The position numbers and the translations under genes are program-made. Under the pieces are notes generated by a model. That model had not been told where the DNA came from. It ran no database searches and worked only from the letters and a program-made list of their open reading frames with translations. A stretch of DNA of 64,000 nucleotides, taken from assembly GCA_963780665.1 (NCBI GenBank), contig CAWACJ010000005.1:118335-182334 (forward strand), given 5' to 3'. Origin of the DNA: an uncultured Methanocellaceae archaeon (GTDB lineage: Archaea; Halobacteriota; Methanocellia; Methanocellales; Methanocellaceae). This document shows, piece by piece, positions 59,666-64,000 of this stretch (its first letter is position 1; every line of letters starts with the position of its first letter).

Positions 59666-60439
59666 ATGCTGACGGAACAGTGGCTATTGTGGGCAGGGGC
59701 CGGTGCTTTTTTGCTTTTTGCCGCCTCATCGGTATTCAGGATGAAAAAATGGCCCACGTATGTAGCATTTGCCGGATGCCTGTGCATTATCGCGGTCATG
59801 CTGCTACGCTGGTACACGTCGGGCCGGGCACCGTGGGCTACGCTTTATGAGACGGCGGCATTGCTGTCACTGGTCACGGGAGTGGCTGCGTCCTACGCAT
59901 ACAGGAGAAAAGAATCCCGGGCCATGTACCTGACACTCGATGCGATCACACTCATCTTGCTCGTATTCTCGGCGTCATCCTGGGAAGAAAAAGCGGTGAT
60001 CTCACCGGCCCTCCAGAGCAGCTGGCTACTCGTGCACGTCCCCATATTGATACTTGCCTATGGCATGTTCGCTGTTTCCTTCGCCGCATCCGCCGGGTTC
60101 ATGGTGTTAAGGGTTTTAGGGAAGAAGGATAATGTCGCTTTTAAGCGGCTTGACAGGGCGTCATACATGAGCGCGATCGCCGGCCTGGTGCTATTGATAG
60201 TGGGCATCATTCTCGGCGCGATGTGGGCAAAAATAGCATGGGGTACCTACTGGTCATGGGACCCGAAGGAGACGTGGGCACTCATCACGGCCGCTATATA
60301 TGCCGTTTATTTAATAGCGAGGGGAATGGGCATGAAAGCTGAGGACGCAGCGTTCATTTCGATCCTCGGGTTCATCTCGGTCATATTCACGTACATCGGC
60401 CTGTCATACATAATGCCAGTAGTACACGGCTCTGCTTAA
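59666..60439 (+). CDS. ccsA: Cytochrome c-type biogenesis protein CcsA/ResC-like (heme-handling W-rich motif)
   Basis: Multi-TM protein with WGTYWSWDPKETWAL and conserved His residues. Confidence 0.65.
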   Translation: MLTEQWLLWAGAGAFLLFAASSVFRMKKWPTYVAFAGCLCIIAVMLLRWYTSGRAPWATLYETAALLSLVTGVAASYAYRRKESRAMYLTLDAITLILLVFSASSWEEKAVISPALQSSWLLVHVPILILAYGMFAVSFAASAGFMVLRVLGKKDNVAFKRLDRASYMSAIAGLVLLIVGIILGAMWAKIAWGTYWSWDPKETWALITAAIYAVYLIARGMGMKAEDAAFISILGFISVIFTYIGLSYIMPVVHGSA

Positions 60440-60472
60440 AAAAGTAGCTGATTATTAAAAAAATTGGTCGTG

Positions 60473-61012
60473 TTAGCTCATGACCGCTTCGAGTGCCCGC
60501 CCTTTGGCGAGTACTGCCTTTGACTCCTCCACTTTGCCCATGGAGTGTAAGATCACGGCCTTATTGATGTACGCATCCGGATAGCGCTTATCGAGCGCGA
60601 TGGCACTGTCGACACATTTTAGCGCGTCGCCCTCGCGGCCCAGGTAGTGAAGCGAGATCGCCTTATTATTTAACGCCTCTTTGTCTCCCGGGTTTAGCTT
60701 TAAGAGACGGTTGAAATACTTTAGGGCATCAGCGTATTCATCCATACCTACGAGCATCATTCCCATATAATTTAACGCATCCATATTGTCAGGGGCGATC
60801 TTAAGGATCGCCTCCAGAAGCTGGATCGTCCCTGCGAAGTCCAGCGACTCGCTTCGGGATACTGCTTCCTTGAAGAGGCTGTCGAGGTTCTCTTTATCGC
60901 TCTTGACCGGCGTTTTTTTACCCTTTGCGGCCGGAGCTTCTGTCTTTTTAACTGTCGTCTTTTTCTTTTCCGACGTCATTGTCACTACTCTTTTTATCGT
61001 TGCCATCTTCAT
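60473..61012 (-). CDS. TPR-repeat protein with Lys-rich N-terminus
   Basis: Three to four TPR units: ...ALNYMGMMLVGMDEYADALKYFNRLLKLNP... Confidence 0.6.
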   Translation of the reverse strand: MKMATIKRVVTMTSEKKKTTVKKTEAPAAKGKKTPVKSDKENLDSLFKEAVSRSESLDFAGTIQLLEAILKIAPDNMDALNYMGMMLVGMDEYADALKYFNRLLKLNPGDKEALNNKAISLHYLGREGDALKCVDSAIALDKRYPDAYINKAVILHSMGKVEESKAVLAKGRALEAVMS

Positions 61013-61287
61013 ACCTCGCGATAACGTATATACGGCGCTATCGTGTATAAAACTTACTTGTTGCTTACGGTTTAGGTTGAAAGCCGCTCGGTCGCCAATG
61101 GCTTACCGATTCTAACATATTTAGATGGCAAATATAGGTATATAAAGAGCTTAAAACCTCTTTAAATATTAGATTATGAATTTTAAACCCTGTCCATGCC
61201 CGTTTTAGCATAACATTTATATAGAGCGGTTTTTAACTTATGTATAATCTAAATACACCGTATTTTCGTTGGAGGAGGTGGAAAATG

Positions 61288-61497
61288 ATGAAAGAACTTC
61301 CCGTTGCATCCGTTGACAGGATAATAAGGAATGCTGGCGCAGACAGGGTAAGCGAAGACGCAAAAGAGGCCCTGGCGACCATTCTCGAGGATTTCGGTAT
61401 GAAGGTTTCCGTGGAAGCCATCAAGCTCTGCAAGCATGCAGGCCGAAAGACCGTAAAAGAAGAGGACATAAAGCTAGCTTCACAGAGATTACATTAA
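61288..61497 (+). CDS. Archaeal histone (HMf-like histone fold)
   Basis: MKELPVASVDRIIRNAGADRVSEDAKEALATILEDFGMKVSVEAIKLCKHAGRKTVKEEDIKLASQRLH is collinear with HMfA/B. I take the internal Met; the track ORF starts at 61240. Confidence 0.8.
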   Translation: MKELPVASVDRIIRNAGADRVSEDAKEALATILEDFGMKVSVEAIKLCKHAGRKTVKEEDIKLASQRLH

Positions 61498-61551
61498 AAC
61501 AAAAGGGACAGGGTCGCTCAAGCGATCCGTTGTCCTTCTCTTTGTTTAGAA

Positions 61552-61983
61552 TTATCGGCTTTTTTCTAGCGGCGCCCCGCAGTTGGGACATTTGCTTTCC
61601 GTCGAATCGACCCATGAGCTGCACTGCTCGCACATGACCTTTTCGGCACTTCGTATCGCCTTTAGCGTTTCGTGCTCCTGCGGCCGCTCCGGCTCATACC
61701 GAGTCCCGTAATTCGTAGGCGGCCTCCTCCTTGAGTTGCCCACCCTGAAGACAACGCCACCCCTGGCGATGGAATATAGAAATAATGCAATGAAGAAGAC
61801 AAAGGCTGCGATACAGCAGCAGCTGCAGGTGACGAAGAAGCTGTGTAAAACGGACTGTGCGCCCTCTTGAAATGATGCGAGTAACATGATCAGGCCTTGT
61901 AATAATTCATAAGATGCTATTCTGGATAACACGCTCTCTTTAAAAATTTTTTGTTCATACATGGCAGGGACAAAATTGCCCAT
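61552..61983 (-). CDS. Membrane protein with C-terminal zinc ribbon (hypothetical)
   Basis: Two or three TM helices, then CEQCSSW...CPNCG. Confidence 0.35.
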   Translation of the reverse strand: MGNFVPAMYEQKIFKESVLSRIASYELLQGLIMLLASFQEGAQSVLHSFFVTCSCCCIAAFVFFIALFLYSIARGGVVFRVGNSRRRPPTNYGTRYEPERPQEHETLKAIRSAEKVMCEQCSSWVDSTESKCPNCGAPLEKSR

Positions 61984-62059
61984 AATTTTTGCTTGCCATG
62001 TGAACGCTTTTATACCAACGCAACTTTAGTTTATCAAAATCAAGTTAACTGGTATAGCT

Positions 62060-63529
62060 ATGTCCGCGAATGGCAATACAAAATTCATAGCAGTGCTCGG
62101 CACACAGTCACATGTTGGAAAGAGCGTTATCGTGACCGCGTTATGCCGTATCCTAAAGAATCACGGCTACCATGTCGCGCCTTTTAAATCTCAAAACATG
62201 AGCCTGAACTCCTGGATCACGAGGGATGGTAAAGAGATCGGGATCGCTCAGGCTATCCAGGCATTTGCCGCCGGCGTGGAACCGTCCGCGGATATGAACC
62301 CTGTACTATTAAAGCCTAAGGGAAACATGACATCGCAGGTCATCGTGCTCGGCGTGCCCCTGGGTGACCGTAAGGTGGGGGAATACTATACGACCACGGA
62401 TGAGATGATGGCCGTAGCCACAGGCGCCATAGGGCGGCTGTCCGGGATATATGAGGTCATCGTCATGGAGGGCGCCGGTGGTGCGGCCGAGATCAACCTT
62501 TACGACAGGGACATAGCGAATTCCAGGATGGCAAAGGCCGTCAACGCCCCCATCATACTTGTGGGCGATATCGAGCGAGGCGGCGTTTTCGCGAGCCTGT
62601 ACGGGACGCTGGCCCTGCTACCGGAAGAGGATCGGAAGCTCGTGAAAGGGATCATCATTAATAAGTTCCGCGGCGACCCGTCTTTACTGACTCCCGGGAT
62701 TGAGGCTCTGGAAAAAATGACTGGCGTGCCGGTGCTAGGGATCATCCCCTATGAGTATTTAACGATACCCTCGGAGGATTCCGTATCGATAGACGATAAG
62801 CGTTCTATCGGATTGCTGGATGTCGATATTGCCGTCGTCAGGCTGCCACTAATATCTAACTTTACGGACTTCGAGCCGCTCGAGCGGGCGGCGAGGGTCC
62901 GCTATGTGCCGCTCGATGGGGAGCTCGGGACCCCCGATCTTATTATATTACCAGGAACGAAGAATACCGTGAACGACCTGAAGGCACTTTCTGCCTCTTC
63001 GCTATCCAGAGAGATAAAAACGCTCGCTTTGGGAGGAGTGCCTGTTATCGGCATCTGCGGCGGATATCAGATGCTAGGCAAGCGTATCACGGATCACTGC
63101 ATCGAGGGCGACTGTGAGGAAACGCTTAAAGGCCTTGAGCTGCTGCCTGTTGAAACAGTCTTTGAAGCTTATGAAAAGACTACGAGACAGGTCGTGAAGA
63201 AAGTAACGGGCAACGGTCCCATATTAGGGCCGCTGATGGGCTCGACAGTCAAAGGATATGAGATACATATGGGCAAGACACCGTCCCGCAGTCCCGCTTT
63301 CGAGGACGATGGCTGCGTCGACGTATCCGGCACTATCATAGGCACGTACTTGCACGGCCTCTTCGAGAACGAGCTGCTCACAAAATCACTCTTATCTTAC
63401 GCGTGCAAGAGAAAAGGCATCGAGTACACGGCGGATATAAAAAGTAAAGACCCCTACGAAGAACTGGCTCGCATCGTGGAGTCAAGCCTGGACATGCGCA
63501 AATTCATGTCGATACTGGAGAATGAATAA
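62060..63529 (+). CDS. cobQ: Cobyric acid synthase (CobQ/CbiP)
   Basis: Length is 489 aa. The N-terminal dethiobiotin-synthetase-like P-loop GTQSHVGKS and the C-terminal GATase-1 domain (...ICGGYQMLG...) are both present. Confidence 0.85.
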   Translation: MSANGNTKFIAVLGTQSHVGKSVIVTALCRILKNHGYHVAPFKSQNMSLNSWITRDGKEIGIAQAIQAFAAGVEPSADMNPVLLKPKGNMTSQVIVLGVPLGDRKVGEYYTTTDEMMAVATGAIGRLSGIYEVIVMEGAGGAAEINLYDRDIANSRMAKAVNAPIILVGDIERGGVFASLYGTLALLPEEDRKLVKGIIINKFRGDPSLLTPGIEALEKMTGVPVLGIIPYEYLTIPSEDSVSIDDKRSIGLLDVDIAVVRLPLISNFTDFEPLERAARVRYVPLDGELGTPDLIILPGTKNTVNDLKALSASSLSREIKTLALGGVPVIGICGGYQMLGKRITDHCIEGDCEETLKGLELLPVETVFEAYEKTTRQVVKKVTGNGPILGPLMGSTVKGYEIHMGKTPSRSPAFEDDGCVDVSGTIIGTYLHGLFENELLTKSLLSYACKRKGIEYTADIKSKDPYEELARIVESSLDMRKFMSILENE

Positions 63530-63550
63530 GCGAGCCTGTGGGGCTCGTCA

Positions 63551-63784
63551 TTAATGCTTTTTCGACTTTTTGCGTGCGATATGCTCGATGTTCTCCTCAT
63601 CCTCGACCCGGGCCCATACCGCTATGATCTTGTTGATGGCGATGTGCGTGTATAATCCTTTCTTGGTCTCCAGCGTAAGAACGCCGTCCGCACATGCGGC
63701 AACGATCCCTTTGAACTTGTCTGAGCCGCCACAATAGACGTCGACACTTTTACCTAAAAGATGCCCGGTAATGAAGTTTTCCAT
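63551..63784 (-). CDS. Small hypothetical protein, possibly Sm-like fold
   Basis: Length is 77 aa. ...LLGKSVDVYCGGSDKFKGIVAACADGVLTLE... loosely resembles Sm/LSm. Confidence 0.25.
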   Translation of the reverse strand: MENFITGHLLGKSVDVYCGGSDKFKGIVAACADGVLTLETKKGLYTHIAINKIIAVWARVEDEENIEHIARKKSKKH

Positions 63785-64000
63785 AATGATCTTACCTTAA
63801 TTTTGCTTATTAAATATATTAATTGTCTTTTAATATTAAACGATCGCCGTACATCATATAAATTCGTAATAACAGATCAATAGATAATAGGTTCACATTT
63901 TTTCAAGTTCAGCATGGACCTATTATCGACCCAGGCGCTTCTCGATACCTTTTACCAGCCCTGTGATCGTGTCATTCACCGGCGTCGCGATCCCTTCTTT

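Noticed and set aside
63901-64000. Start of a + strand ORF (MDLLSTQALLDTFYQP...) running off the window
   Set aside because: It is too short to assign.

Overview
This window reads as a 64-kb archaeal chromosome segment at roughly 53% GC. It has the look of a methanogen-type euryarchaeon (Methanosarcinales- or Methanocellales-like), but that is an inference from gene content only. The supporting genes are an archaeal histone, CofC/CofG/CofH (F420 biosynthesis), PurP, ApgM, [NiFe] hydrogenases, PGF-CTERM S-layer-type glycoproteins, an NrpR-type operator upstream of glnA, and a CcsA-like cytochrome c assembly protein.

Core genes recognised (strand in parentheses):
- gatA (partial), gatC and asnB (-)
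- a polyprenyl (GGPP) synthase, a SAM methyltransferase, two tRNA-Ser genes
- a cysteine desulfurase preceded by a ubiquitin-like SAMP/MoaD-type protein
- a convergent KptA (RNA 2'-phosphotransferase) / RtcA (RNA 3'-phosphate cyclase) pair
- homoserine kinase, glutamine synthetase, a pair of CrcB fluoride channels with a DUF190 protein
- flotillin, PepT, TatD, CobQ and an L-cysteine-desulfidase-like protein

Observations that stand out:
1. A minus-strand operon-like array (35.3-42.8 kb) in which an intact MvhG/MvhA-type [NiFe] hydrogenase, preceded by a ferredoxin and a V4R-like protein instead of MvhD, runs directly (overlapping stop/start) into a Roadblock/LC7 protein, two PATAN(DUF4388)-like proteins (one fused to Roadblock), an unknown protein, a MinD-type ATPase and a small membrane/coiled-coil protein. 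This is a candidate undescribed positioning/regulatory module coupled to a hydrogenase.
2. An frhA-frhG-frhB cluster (F420-reducing hydrogenase) carrying at least six frameshifts and lacking frhD. Nearby, cofG is split by a frameshift in an A6 run and is followed by two tandem intact CofH paralogs.
3. A roughly 265-bp nested inverted-repeat (MITE-like or structured) element between convergent genes.
4. Two S-layer-type PGF-CTERM paralogs 40 kb apart sharing a near-identical 3' block of about 1 kb, suggesting gene conversion.
5. A decayed islet downstream of tRNA-Ser(GCU): 46-bp tandem repeats, a truncated GNAT, and a VOC/glyoxalase pseudogene with an in-frame TAG.

All coordinates are approximate to within a few nucleotides. 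No search or computation could be run here; every family call rests on motifs read directly from the supplied translations.
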